54,970 nt of DNA, from contig JAQBQP010000002.1 of the NCBI GenBank assembly GCA_028286905.1, positions 1-54,970 of the forward strand, in the 5' to 3' direction. This stretch comes from Candidatus Doudnabacteria bacterium. GTDB taxonomy: Bacteria; Patescibacteriota; Doudnabacteria; UBA920; VMFF01. The notes beneath the pieces were generated by a model, which was not told the origin of the DNA, did not search any database, and saw only the letters and a program-made list of their open reading frames with translations. Position numbers and translations under genes: made by a program. Each line of letters begins with the position of its first letter. Within the stretch, counting starts at the first letter, position 1. Below are positions 41,006 to 53,415 of the stretch, piece by piece.

Positions 41006-42082
41006 ATGTACAAAGCTAGCGAACTAGAATTAAATAAATTACTTTCCATCGTTTTGGAGCGAGAAGCTTCTGATTTGCATTTGGTTTCTGGAGAGCCGCC
41101 AATTATTCGGGTAGATGGCGCTTTGTTAAAATTAGAAGAGCTGGAAGTTTTAAATACAGAAGCAATCAGTAATATCTTAGATGTCATGCTTACTAAGACA
41201 GAAAAGGATGCTTTTGATAAGACTGAAGATTTAGATTTTGCCTATTCTTATAAAGATAATACCCGTTTCCGCGTTAACGCTTACAAACAAAAAGGACAAC
41301 TTGCTGCGGCTTTTCGTTTGATTCCGAATAAAATAAAAACTGTGCAAGAATTGGGTCTGCCAGTAAGTCTTTTAGATTTTGCGGAAAAGAAACAAGGTTT
41401 AGTCTTGGTAGTGGGACCTACTGGGCACGGTAAGTCAACGACCTTAGCAGCAATGATTGATCATATCAATCACACTCGAGCCGAGCATATTTTGACTATT
41501 GAAGACCCGGTCGAATTTATTTTTACGCCAGATAAGAGCATCGTAAATCAACGCGAGGTTTTTGTAGACACCCCTTCATTTGGCCAGGCCCTACGATCCA
41601 GCTTACGTGAAGATTGTAATGTCATTTTTGTCGGAGAAATGCGCGATTTAGAATCAATTCAAACAGTTATGACTATTGCAGAAACCGGGCACTTAGTCTT
41701 TGCAACATTGCACACTAATGATGCAGCCCAGACCATCGACCGTATTACGGATGTTTTCCCTCCGCATCAGCAACCACAAATCAGAGCCCAGTTAGCAAGC
41801 GTTTTAATTGGTATAATCTCTCTGCGCCTGCTGCCAAAGGTTGGAGGAGGCAGAGTTCCGGCTTTGGAAATGCTCCTTACTAACAACGCCGTCAGAAACG
41901 TTATTAGAGAAGGCAAAACTTATGAGATGGATAACGTCGTTCATACCAGTGGTGATGGCGGGATGATTGCTTTAGATAAGTCTTTAGCGTTATTAGTTTC
42001 AAGTGGCCAAGTGAGTAGCGAAGATGCAATAAGTTATGTTAAAGATATGGATTATTTCAAATCTTTAGTCTCAAAAGGATAG
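41006..42082 (+). CDS. pilT: Twitching motility / retraction ATPase PilT
   Basis: Walker A GPTGHGKST and the ETGHLVFATLHTNDA motif. Confidence 0.9.
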   Translation: MYKASELELNKLLSIVLEREASDLHLVSGEPPIIRVDGALLKLEELEVLNTEAISNILDVMLTKTEKDAFDKTEDLDFAYSYKDNTRFRVNAYKQKGQLAAAFRLIPNKIKTVQELGLPVSLLDFAEKKQGLVLVVGPTGHGKSTTLAAMIDHINHTRAEHILTIEDPVEFIFTPDKSIVNQREVFVDTPSFGQALRSSLREDCNVIFVGEMRDLESIQTVMTIAETGHLVFATLHTNDAAQTIDRITDVFPPHQQPQIRAQLASVLIGIISLRLLPKVGGGRVPALEMLLTNNAVRNVIREGKTYEMDNVVHTSGDGGMIALDKSLALLVSSGQVSSEDAISYVKDMDYFKSLVSKG

Positions 42083-42085
42083 CCA

Positions 42086-43291
42086 ATGCAATTTAAATAC
42101 GAAGCAAAAGATGACCTGGGCAATCTCCGAGAAGGGGTGGTGGTTGCAGAGGACCAGGAGAAGGCCGAAAGCCTGATTCAAGAAAACAACCTAACGATTG
42201 TTTCGTTGTCGATAATCGAAGAAAACTTTTTAGAAAAGCTTTGGCCTTTTGGCAAGTCTGTGCCAAACAAAGAAATGGTGCTTTTCTCTCGTCAGCTTTC
42301 AACGCTGATTGGCGCGAAGGTTTCAATTCTTCAAGCTCTACGCATTTTATTAGAGCAGGTTAGTAATAACTATTTAAAAACTGTTATCAATGAAACGATT
42401 TCCAGCATTGAAGGTGGAAATAGCTTTTCTTTAGCACTTTCCAGGCATCCAGAAATTTTTAGCAACGTATATGTTAGCGTCGTGCATACTGGCGAACTTT
42501 CTGGTACGTTAGATGTTTCTTTGAACTACCTTTCCGATCAAATGGAAAAGGATTATGATCTAACCGCAAAGGTGAAGAGCGCGATGACCTACCCTTTGTT
42601 TATTATGGGTGCTTTGGTCGGCGTAGGTTCGTTGATGTTCTTATTCATCTTACCTAAGCTTACAGATATCCTTGAACAGCAAGGGGGTAGCTTGCCAATA
42701 ATTACGGTTTGGTTAATTGCTTTTACAAAATTTTTCCAAGTTTATTGGTGGACATTCTTTATTGGCGGCTTCGCTCTTTACGTTGGGGCAAGGTATTACT
42801 TAAAAACTAAGCAAGGTAGATTTGTCTGGGACTTTTTGAAGGTACATACGCCGATCATTGGGCCCATTTTTGAAAAGATTTACTTAGCGCGTTTTTCTAG
42901 AAACCTTTCAACTCTTGTTTTGGGTGGAATTCCGATCATTAAAGCGTTGGAAGTAGTTTCTGAGTTGGTAAATAACGTTATTTATAGAGACATTATACTA
43001 GAAGCGGCAAATAAGCTTTCTACCGGTAAAACGATTGCCGAAGCTTTGCAGGGCCACAAAGAAATTCCGCCGATCGTAACTCAGATGATCGAAGTCGGGG
43101 AACAGTCTGCAACGCTTACAAACATCCTTCAAAAACTAGCAGTGTATTATGAAAAAGAAGTAGATACAAAAATTTCCACTCTAACTACTTTGATGGAGCC
43201 AATTATCATGTTGATTCTTGGCTTGGCTGTGGGTATCTTAGTTGCAGGAATTTTACTACCGATTTATAATCTAGCTAGTAATGCATCTTAG
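42086..43291 (+). CDS. pilC: Type IV pilus platform protein PilC (GspF family)
   Basis: Two GspF-type repeats and three TM segments. Confidence 0.9.
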   Translation: MQFKYEAKDDLGNLREGVVVAEDQEKAESLIQENNLTIVSLSIIEENFLEKLWPFGKSVPNKEMVLFSRQLSTLIGAKVSILQALRILLEQVSNNYLKTVINETISSIEGGNSFSLALSRHPEIFSNVYVSVVHTGELSGTLDVSLNYLSDQMEKDYDLTAKVKSAMTYPLFIMGALVGVGSLMFLFILPKLTDILEQQGGSLPIITVWLIAFTKFFQVYWWTFFIGGFALYVGARYYLKTKQGRFVWDFLKVHTPIIGPIFEKIYLARFSRNLSTLVLGGIPIIKALEVVSELVNNVIYRDIILEAANKLSTGKTIAEALQGHKEIPPIVTQMIEVGEQSATLTNILQKLAVYYEKEVDTKISTLTTLMEPIIMLILGLAVGILVAGILLPIYNLASNAS

Positions 43292-43319
43292 TAGATGCAA
43301 ACTCTCAACCTGAAAGGGG

Positions 43320-43784
43320 GTGAAAAAATTGAAAAGAAATCAAAATCAAAACGGTTTTACATTGATAGAATTGTTGGTTGTTATTGCGATTATTGGTCTT
43401 TTGGCATCTGTAGTTTTACTAGCCTTAAACTCAGCTCGAGCAAAGTCTAGAGACGCTAAAAGATTAGCAGATATTCGCCAGTTAACAACAGCTTTGGAAT
43501 TGTATTATAACGATTTTAATGGTTACCCTGTTAATGGTGCTGCTGGTCTTGCCAGCACAGTGTTAGCATCAGCTTTAGTACCAACTTACGTTGGCGCTTT
43601 GCCACTTGCACCGACACCAGCAGAACCTGTTTGTACTGGTTCAGGTACATCTCAGATAGCAAACAACTCCTATATTTATGGAGTAAGCACAGGAACAACT
43701 TATACATTGTCCTTCTGCTTAGGAGCAACTACGGGAGGATTTGGTCCAAGTACTCACACAGCAAGTCCAGCCGGTATCCAATAA
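43320..43784 (+). CDS. pilA: Type IV (major) pilin
   Basis: Class III signal ...NG/FTLIELLVVIAIIGLL. The SD GGGGG fits the in-frame TTG at 43329 better than the GTG at 43320. Confidence 0.85.
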   Translation: MKKLKRNQNQNGFTLIELLVVIAIIGLLASVVLLALNSARAKSRDAKRLADIRQLTTALELYYNDFNGYPVNGAAGLASTVLASALVPTYVGALPLAPTPAEPVCTGSGTSQIANNSYIYGVSTGTTYTLSFCLGATTGGFGPSTHTASPAGIQ

Positions 43785-43850
43785 TTTATTTATTGTTAAA
43801 CCTCGCCACATTGGTGGTGAGGTTTATACAGTTAGTAATTAGCACTCTGT

Positions 43851-44300
43851 ATGCAAACTATATCTTCTACGACAACGCCTATCGGACCGTCGGTAGCACA
43901 ACCTGCTAAAAGCTCTAAGCTGCAGTCATATTTCTTGGCCGCGGCGTTTGTTTTATTTGTCCTTTCAATCGTATTAGGTATTTTCTCAGGAGTTGCTTCA
44001 GGTAAAGACCAGGCGACTTTTAAGAACGTAGGAAATATTTCTAATGCCTTGCAATTTTATTATTCTGATCAAGACCGCTACCCGACCGAAACACAATTTA
44101 ATGATCAGAAGATCCTAATTCCATTTTATATTTCTGCAATTCCAAAACCAGAAAATGCTCAAGGCGTATGCGCAGGAGTCACAGATTTTAAATACACTCA
44201 ACAGAACGCCGGAAGCTATAAATTAGATTTTTGTTTGGTACAGGGAACCGCTGGATTATCAAAAGGAATGCATACTCTAACTGAAAAAACACTGCAATGA
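43851..44300 (+). CDS. Membrane-anchored pilin-head-like protein without a canonical prepilin cleavage motif
   Basis: TM anchor followed by ALQFYYSDQDRYP ... YKLDFCLVQG. No G/FTLIE motif. Confidence 0.55.
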   Translation: MQTISSTTTPIGPSVAQPAKSSKLQSYFLAAAFVLFVLSIVLGIFSGVASGKDQATFKNVGNISNALQFYYSDQDRYPTETQFNDQKILIPFYISAIPKPENAQGVCAGVTDFKYTQQNAGSYKLDFCLVQGTAGLSKGMHTLTEKTLQ

Positions 44301-45103
44301 TTATAGGTTTAGTGCTTTCATTTATATTTGGATCAATTATCGGCAGTTTTTTAAACGTTTTAATTCTTCGACTGCCAGTGGAAAAAACTTTGAATGGCAG
44401 ATCGCATTGCATGCAGTGCAAACACCAATTAAATGCTCTAGACCTAGTTCCAATCTTAAGCTTTGTTTTTCTAAGAGGGAAGTGTCGGTATTGTAAAAAA
44501 CCTTTTTCACATCGATATTTTTACATTGAAGTCATTACCGGCTTACTTTTTGCGCTTTGTTTTGCAAAACTATTTCCGATTAATAGTCTAGAATATTTAA
44601 TACTTCTCAAATCGTTTTTTATTAGTGCCGTGTTAATGGTGGTGTTTATGATCGATTATGAGCACTTTCTTATTTTGGATAAAGTTGTAATTTTTGCTTC
44701 GGTAGTTTTAATCTTGTTTAATTTAGCGATTGACATAGCTCTTCACAGCTTATGGTTTAACTCTTTAACTTTAAACGGCCTGCTAGCAGCGTTGGGTTTG
44801 TTTTTATTTTTTGGAGGACTATATTATATTTCTAAAGGGCGTTGGATTGGCTTTGGGGATGTGAAGTTTAGTTTTGTTTTAGGCCTTGCTACCGTTTTCC
44901 CAATTATAGTAATAAATATTTTACTGGCTTTCATGATTGGCTCAGTTGTCGGATTGGTCTTGATGGCCTCGAAGACAAAAAAATTACAAAGTGAAATTCC
45001 ATTTGGGACCTTTTTGGCAATTTCTTGTATGATTACGGTGCTATATGGGTCCGAGTTAATCAATTGGTACTTAAGGCTGATCGGAGTGAGAATTTATGTC
45101 TAA
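44297..45103 (+). CDS. pilD: Prepilin peptidase (A24 family)
   Basis: CMQC...CRYC zinc motif, the catalytic GFGDVKF region, and multiple TM segments. Confidence 0.9.
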   Translation: MIIGLVLSFIFGSIIGSFLNVLILRLPVEKTLNGRSHCMQCKHQLNALDLVPILSFVFLRGKCRYCKKPFSHRYFYIEVITGLLFALCFAKLFPINSLEYLILLKSFFISAVLMVVFMIDYEHFLILDKVVIFASVVLILFNLAIDIALHSLWFNSLTLNGLLAALGLFLFFGGLYYISKGRWIGFGDVKFSFVLGLATVFPIIVINILLAFMIGSVVGLVLMASKTKKLQSEIPFGTFLAISCMITVLYGSELINWYLRLIGVRIYV

Positions 45104-45659
45104 AATAAACTCCCAAGGATTTACATTAATTGAATTGCTGGTGGTGATCACAATCATGGTCACGCTTACTAGTCTTTTTCTTGTAAATTTTAGTTCTCAA
45201 GGTAAAGCGCGTAGCTTAAGTATTGCTAAAAACAACGCGGTTTCGGATTTAAGAAAAATGCAGAGCTATGCGTTGACATCTCGCGATATAGCTCCGGGTA
45301 CGGTATCAGGATTTTATGGAATAAGCTTCTCAACGAACAGCCCAGCTTTTTATACCTTATTGGGTTACGATAATAAGAACAGCCCAGCTAACACAATCGC
45401 TACAGTTTATACACCAACAAATGCAGTTTTGAGCGGAATAAGAGTAATTCGTTCGGACGGAACGATAGTTAACCCGACTTACATAGAAATTTTATTTAAA
45501 ACTACTTATGCTCGAACAGTAGCTAGCTACTCCGGAAATGGCGCGTTAGCAAACAAGGAAAGCGACGATACTATTCGTCTAACTTTTACTAACGTCGCCA
45601 ATAATACCTTAACTACAACGATTGATATTAATGGGATTACAGGAAATATAAACCAGTAA
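45096..45659 (+). CDS. Minor pilin / pseudopilin
   Basis: Prepilin N-terminus QGFTLIELLVVITIMV. Confidence 0.8.
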   Translation: MSKINSQGFTLIELLVVITIMVTLTSLFLVNFSSQGKARSLSIAKNNAVSDLRKMQSYALTSRDIAPGTVSGFYGISFSTNSPAFYTLLGYDNKNSPANTIATVYTPTNAVLSGIRVIRSDGTIVNPTYIEILFKTTYARTVASYSGNGALANKESDDTIRLTFTNVANNTLTTTIDINGITGNINQ

Positions 45660-45733
45660 GGGGATAAAACCTTGATTTTTATCTTCAGATAAGGTATAAT
45701 ATATACAAAGATTAGTTTTAGAAATAAAAATAA

Positions 45734-48001
45734 ATGAAAATTCAGAAAAAAATACTATATTTGTTCGGAACATTTGTTTTGAGCGGTGTTTTTTTTAGTT
45801 TCAGCCATGCTGCTAGCGCTACAACGCTTACTTTTAATACTCCAGGAACCCAATCGGCTACTGCCTTTAATAATTCTCCAATCGGTGGAGACCCTGATTG
45901 TTGGTACGGTATTATTACAGATCAGCCAAACAGTGGCGGAAACACTCCTAATTCTAGCGATGTTTCGGTTGCCAATGACTGTCCCTCTAGCACTCCTTTA
46001 TTCATCGCCCCTCAATCGTCCGATCCTATTCCTGTAACTGTAGGCCCTTCTGCTACTCCGGGAAAAGTTTGGTATGTTCATATTGAAGAAAAATATGATA
46101 ACCATGATGGTTTCGGTGTTGTTGCAAGCTGGAAGTCTGATATTCAAGTTGTGATTCCAAATAATGCCACCGGATTTAATAACGGCGGCAATAATTGTAC
46201 TATCAATAGTTTTTCTCCTAGCCCTAGCAGTATAGCCTCAGGTCAAAGCGCGACTTTGTCTTGGGCCACTACTAATTGTACGTCGGCAAGTTTAAGCGGC
46301 GGAACATTCAATGGTGGAACCACAGTAGTAACTAATGGAAGCGCTAGCACTCAAAACTTATCTAGCACTACATCCTATACCTTAACAGCGACAGGAGCTT
46401 CTGGCTCAGTCAATGCAACTACAACAGTTAGTGTAAATAGTGCCTCCGCTTGCGCGATCGTAAGCTTTTATCCGACGACAACTCCAGTGGCGCCGGGTAG
46501 TACAGGGTTCTTAAATTTCACAAGCAATGGAAATTGTACGTCAGCAACTTTAACAGGAGGTATCTTTAACAACACTTCAACTTTGAGGAATGCAACTAAC
46601 TTAAGTGCTGGCACTGTTAATTCTAATACCAATTACACTCTAACCGAAACAGACGGTACTACTACGGTTAGCGCTGTTACCTCAATTGCAGTTACCGGCA
46701 CGACCTGTGCGATAACAGTTAACCATTCAAACGGAAGCGGAGCTTACTCTTATACACTCTCAGGACCTTCTACATACAACGGCAACAATGACGGCTCAGT
46801 CAGTTTAGCTGCAGGAACTTGGACTATATCATCATCCGCGACTAGCGTTACTCCAGCTGGTTCTCAAACCTGTTCGAACGGTGGGTCTATAACATTTACT
46901 CTAAATTTTGGTGGATCATGTGCAATAAATACTTTTGCTCCATCTCCAAATCCTGTAAACACTGGCAACCCTACCACACTTTCTTGGACCACTTCAGGAT
47001 GCAGCACAGCAAGTCTGTCAGGTGGCTCATTTAGCGGCCAAGCGGAACCAGTTAATGGCAGCCAAGTAACCCCAGGCTTATCTATAAATACGACTTATAC
47101 CTTAACAGCTATTAATGGTAATACGGTTACTAGTTCTGTGGCGGTAATTGTTAACCAACCGCCTGCTGACCCAACTCCAATTGCGGAAAACACTTCTTTG
47201 AATCCAGCAGTTGCTTGCGGTCAAATCAAGTTATCCTGGACTGCTATTGCAAACGCAGCATCATATAATATATACAGGAGCACAACTGCTACTCCTGGTG
47301 CTGTGTGGCAAAATACTTCGGCTTTAACTTATACAGATACTACTTCGGCAGGAAACGCATACAATTATTGGGTTCAGACAGTTGGTACAAACGGTTTGGT
47401 ATCTGGCCAATCAGGAACTGGTAGCGTTTCTGCAACTCCTTGTCAGGTAAATCTAAATAACAGCGGTAAACATATTATTCAAGTAAATGGGCAGAACGCA
47501 ACTTATAGCTCTGCTTGTGTTAGTGCTGCTGCGGGCTCGAATCAAATTATCAAAAAAGGTGATGTTCTAAAAATGAGTATCGAAGTATGTAACACTGGAA
47601 CTGCAAACGCGAACAATGTTGTGGTCTATGACAATATGACTTTGAACGGTGCGAATTTAACATTTCACAATCCTCCAAGTGTCACCTTCGTTGGCGGAAC
47701 GTCTCCTTCATATACTCAAACCGGAAATAACATTACATTTAATTTAGGAACAATCGCTGCGGGTTCCAGAGGAGTAATAACTTTTGATGCTGACGTCACT
47801 CCTCCGGTTGGAAACAATCAAGGACTGTTAAGGCTTCGTAATTTAGCGAACGTTACTTACACTTCTACTGTTGTTCCTGCGGGAGCAACTGGTTGTGCCG
47901 GAACAAGCGCAACAATAGCTCAGCCGTGTCCGCTTGATACAGGCTATATCGTCTTCTATAATGGATTAAAGGCTCCGGTTATAAAAGAAATAAATCCATA
48001 A
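45734..48001 (+). CDS. Large secreted repeat protein inside the pilus operon (candidate pilus-associated adhesin)
   Basis: Signal peptide. Three copies, plus a more divergent fourth, of a C.I.SF.P.P...A(T)LSW.T..C(T/S)(S/T)A.L.GG domain. Also an Fn3-like segment and a DUF11-like C-terminus (CNTGTANANNVVVYD). Confidence 0.75.
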   Translation: MKIQKKILYLFGTFVLSGVFFSFSHAASATTLTFNTPGTQSATAFNNSPIGGDPDCWYGIITDQPNSGGNTPNSSDVSVANDCPSSTPLFIAPQSSDPIPVTVGPSATPGKVWYVHIEEKYDNHDGFGVVASWKSDIQVVIPNNATGFNNGGNNCTINSFSPSPSSIASGQSATLSWATTNCTSASLSGGTFNGGTTVVTNGSASTQNLSSTTSYTLTATGASGSVNATTTVSVNSASACAIVSFYPTTTPVAPGSTGFLNFTSNGNCTSATLTGGIFNNTSTLRNATNLSAGTVNSNTNYTLTETDGTTTVSAVTSIAVTGTTCAITVNHSNGSGAYSYTLSGPSTYNGNNDGSVSLAAGTWTISSSATSVTPAGSQTCSNGGSITFTLNFGGSCAINTFAPSPNPVNTGNPTTLSWTTSGCSTASLSGGSFSGQAEPVNGSQVTPGLSINTTYTLTAINGNTVTSSVAVIVNQPPADPTPIAENTSLNPAVACGQIKLSWTAIANAASYNIYRSTTATPGAVWQNTSALTYTDTTSAGNAYNYWVQTVGTNGLVSGQSGTGSVSATPCQVNLNNSGKHIIQVNGQNATYSSACVSAAAGSNQIIKKGDVLKMSIEVCNTGTANANNVVVYDNMTLNGANLTFHNPPSVTFVGGTSPSYTQTGNNITFNLGTIAAGSRGVITFDADVTPPVGNNQGLLRLRNLANVTYTSTVVPAGATGCAGTSATIAQPCPLDTGYIVFYNGLKAPVIKEINP

Positions 48002-48005
48002 TTTA

Positions 48006-48659
48006 ATGAGAAATAAAAAAATCGCCCCTGGCAATAAACAATTGGGACAAACCCTAATTGAAACATTAGTGGCGATTTTTATTTTGATTACAGGTTTAAT
48101 TTCTGCAATCACCCTAGCAATTTATTCTTTTAATTCCACTGATAATTCAAGTAAGCAAATTGTTGCAACTGCGCTTGCCGGCCAAGGTTTGGAAGCAATT
48201 AAGAACATTCGGGATAATAATTGGTTAGATCTTACCAATGATCCTTTAGTAAGCTGTCCAGATTTAGGCTCAACTCAAATGTGCTATTCAAATTGGCAGG
48301 GCCAAGGCAGCAATAAACTGGTAACAGGAGATTATACTGTTGATTTTCTCACTTTGGGGAATAGTCCGGTTTGGCGAACCCAAAGACAAAATTCTAACGC
48401 AAACTTTACTTTAAAGTATGATTCTACAGATGGGCAGTACGCGAACCAGGGAGCTGGAGTGCTTTCAGTTTATTCTAGAGACATAAACATAGTAGAGGAA
48501 ACCGCAGCACCTTACACTGCATTAAACCCTAGATTAAGAGTAACTTCCACAGTCTGGTGGAGCGGTAAAAGTTGCGCTGTAACCACCGATCCAACTACCT
48601 TGCCTGCTACTTGTAAAGTAGTGTTGCAGACGTATTTAACAAATTGGAAAAACTATTAA
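48006..48659 (+). CDS. Minor pilin (prepilin-type N-terminus GQTLIETLVAIFIL)
   Basis: Class III signal-like motif followed by a hydrophobic helix. Confidence 0.7.
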   Translation: MRNKKIAPGNKQLGQTLIETLVAIFILITGLISAITLAIYSFNSTDNSSKQIVATALAGQGLEAIKNIRDNNWLDLTNDPLVSCPDLGSTQMCYSNWQGQGSNKLVTGDYTVDFLTLGNSPVWRTQRQNSNANFTLKYDSTDGQYANQGAGVLSVYSRDINIVEETAAPYTALNPRLRVTSTVWWSGKSCAVTTDPTTLPATCKVVLQTYLTNWKNY

Positions 48660-48660
48660 A

Positions 48661-49254
48661 ATGCAAAACCCTCAACATTTAAAAAGCGAACGAGGTTTTA
48701 CCCTGATTGAAGCGCTGGTCGCGACAGCTCTTTTTGCAGTTACGGTTAGTTCAATCGTTGGGGTTTATTTATCTACTATAAAGATTAATCGTCGAACGGA
48801 TGTAATTAGAAGCGCTTCCGAGAATGCCCGTTATTTAACGGAATATCTTGCAAAAGAAATAAAGAATGGCGCAATCGATTACGCTAGTGCCGTTTCTCCG
48901 TGCACTAGCTTGCCTACTACTTCCTCCTCTTCGCTAGCAATTGTGAATGTAGACGGTGACCGGCTATGTTTTTATCTGGGGGATAACAGTGGTTTGATTT
49001 CCAGTATCGGTCAAAATCTCTGGTTAGAGAAAAATAATTTAGCTCCGCTCAAAGTCAACAGTGCGAACGTAAGTATTTCAAATTTGATTTTTTATGTCAG
49101 TCCAACCTATGACCCTTATTTGGCTGGCAGTACTGTTCAGCCAAGAGTAACTTTTACTGCAAATGTTAAAAGTACTAGCGGCTCTCAAGATTCAGTGGTA
49201 ATTCCAATCGAAAGTTCAATAACAATTCCTGTTTATGATATCGCCGCACAATAA
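48661..49254 (+). CDS. Minor pilin (RGFTLIEALVATALFAV)
   Basis: Canonical prepilin motif. Confidence 0.75.
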   Translation: MQNPQHLKSERGFTLIEALVATALFAVTVSSIVGVYLSTIKINRRTDVIRSASENARYLTEYLAKEIKNGAIDYASAVSPCTSLPTTSSSSLAIVNVDGDRLCFYLGDNSGLISSIGQNLWLEKNNLAPLKVNSANVSISNLIFYVSPTYDPYLAGSTVQPRVTFTANVKSTSGSQDSVVIPIESSITIPVYDIAAQ

Positions 49255-49255
49255 T

Positions 49256-49972
49256 ATGTATAGTAATAAAATAAAAAAAATAAATAACCGTAACGATCAA
49301 AAGGGTGTAACCTTATTGCTTTCGATTTTAATTCTTTCAGCAATAACAGCAATTGTATTTAGCGTCGCCGCAATTGCCTTAAATGAAGTAAGAACCTCGG
49401 CGGATTTGGCAAAAACAGAACCGATTATAAAAGCTGACGAAGCGATGGCAGAAGATGGTTTGTTTAATACGGTCCGAGGCTACAGTACCTTGCCAGCCTG
49501 TAGCGCTAGCCAAACCCAAGGCACAGTCTTTAATGGTGTAACAGTCAGCTCGTGTGCCAGTTACTATTTCAATAGTCCGTATGCCTTTGTTATGACGCCT
49601 AGTGCCCGAAGAGACTTTTACTTATATAATCCTACCAATCAAGGTGCTAACCCCGGATACACTTCCGCAAGTATAACTATTGTTGCAGGTTCAACTGGTA
49701 CCGTATACTTTTGTCCATTTGCTGTAGCAAATTGTGTTGTGACTCCAACTTCAAGTCAAACTTTGGATGTTAATGGTACCACAACCTGGAATAGCCCGGT
49801 TTTAGATCCTACAATAGAATATCAAATAATTGTTATTAACGGAGTTGGCAGTACTTCTTCGTATAGCTTTACTACCGCGCCTAACGGTTTACCTGCCGGA
49901 ACAACTACAATCATCAACCAAGGAGCGAAGCAGGGAGTAACCCGTAAATTGCAAGTCACGGTACCGCAATAA
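49256..49972 (+). CDS. PilX-like minor pilin
   Basis: KGVTLLLSILILSAITAI N-terminus. I prefer the ATG at 49256 because it does not overlap the upstream gene. Confidence 0.55.
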   Translation: MYSNKIKKINNRNDQKGVTLLLSILILSAITAIVFSVAAIALNEVRTSADLAKTEPIIKADEAMAEDGLFNTVRGYSTLPACSASQTQGTVFNGVTVSSCASYYFNSPYAFVMTPSARRDFYLYNPTNQGANPGYTSASITIVAGSTGTVYFCPFAVANCVVTPTSSQTLDVNGTTTWNSPVLDPTIEYQIIVINGVGSTSSYSFTTAPNGLPAGTTTIINQGAKQGVTRKLQVTVPQ

Positions 49973-50158
49973 AGCTAGAATAAAGACAAGTAGAAATAAA
50001 GATCAATTATAAAAGAGTGGTTAGATAAAATATTTGAATATGAATTGAGTTTCGTACAAAAAAACAGATAGCTATTTGCTATCTGTTTTTTTTGCCAGAA
50101 ACGAATTGAATATTCGAATATTTTTACTGGCCAATTCTTTTGTTTATTTGTTTATTTT

Positions 50159-50560
50159 CTACTGGAGTTTTAGAACTGTACCGGGTTTCAAGTTGTACGG
50201 TGCTTTCAGGTCATTCAGGGTGGCAATCACTACCCAATTCACATTTTGAGATTGAGCAATATTAAATAATGTATCGCCTTTTTGAACAGTATAATTAGAA
50301 GCAACTGGGGCAGTAGCCGAGTTTTTAGGAGTTTGTTGGTCAAATGCACCGAGTACTTTTGGTTGAGTGGTTTGAACTGAGGAGCTAGGGGTAATAACGG
50401 AATTGCTATTCAAGCTCTGGTAAATGTTCTTAACTAAGAACAGGGAAAAAAGTAAAAAAAACACCCCACCGACTTTGAAAAAAGTCCCTTGTGAGGATGG
50501 TCCCTGTATTCCTAGTTTCAAATTTTGAGACAATTTAAATTTTGTTTTTCTTTGAAACAT
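50159..50560 (-). CDS. LysM-domain protein (membrane-anchored)
   Basis: C-terminal LysM YTVQKGDTLFNIAQ...LKPGTVLKL. Confidence 0.75.
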   Translation of the reverse strand: MFQRKTKFKLSQNLKLGIQGPSSQGTFFKVGGVFFLLFSLFLVKNIYQSLNSNSVITPSSSVQTTQPKVLGAFDQQTPKNSATAPVASNYTVQKGDTLFNIAQSQNVNWVVIATLNDLKAPYNLKPGTVLKLQ

Positions 50561-50577
50561 TTTTTGATTTATATTAA

Positions 50578-52974
<2,397 letters not shown>

Positions 52975-52980
52975 ATAATT

Positions 52981-53211
52981 ATGTTTAGAGATAAAGTCTT
53001 TTATGAATCAAGCAAGATCGCATTCAGTAGATATGATCATGACGCTCACGAATTAGAAATAGGTTTGCATGATGGAACTTTAAAAGTTTATAAAAATGTT
53101 GCCAGTGCCGATGTTTTAAAGCTTGAGGAATGCAAAGCGAACCACACTTCTGTCGGAGATTTTTATAACCAGCATATTTCTGGAATTTGGGAAGAAAAGC
53201 AATCGGCTTAA
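52981..53211 (+). CDS. KTSC-domain small protein
   Basis: The pattern I.FSRYDHD...LEIGLHDGTLKVYKNV...GDFYN..I fits the KTSC domain as I recall it. Confidence 0.5.
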   Translation: MFRDKVFYESSKIAFSRYDHDAHELEIGLHDGTLKVYKNVASADVLKLEECKANHTSVGDFYNQHISGIWEEKQSA

Positions 53212-53230
53212 AGTCCTTATTTTAAAAGGA

Positions 53231-53276
53231 GAAACGCCCTGTTTAAGCCCTTATTTGGGTAGGGCGTTTCCTCGTT
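53231..53276 (+). terminator. Long-stem hairpin GAAACGCCCT ... AGGGCGTTTC (weak T-tract)
   Basis: 10-bp stem lying after the KTSC gene. Confidence 0.45.
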
Positions 53277-53286
53277 CAGCGAATAC

Positions 53287-53315
53287 TTGACATTGGTTTT
53301 TTATCCATATATAAT
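53287..53315 (+). promoter_or_regulatory. Perfect consensus promoter TTGACA-N17-TATAAT
   Basis: -35 at 53287-53292 and -10 at 53310-53315. Confidence 0.7.
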
Positions 53316-53345
53316 ACGAACACGTTTGATAACCGAGGAGAGTCG

Positions 53346-53390
53346 TATGGTTACAATAAATTTAACACTCACAAAAAGCGGTCGCTTCTA
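53346..53390 (+). CDS. 14-codon micro-ORF (MVTINLTLTKSGRF) with a strong SD
   Basis: GAGGAG lies 6 nt upstream. The ORF is sandwiched between the consensus promoter and the terminator at 53416-53439. Confidence 0.3.
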
Positions 53391-53415
53391 ACCACTTGTT
53401 TTGAAATGTAGTTAG

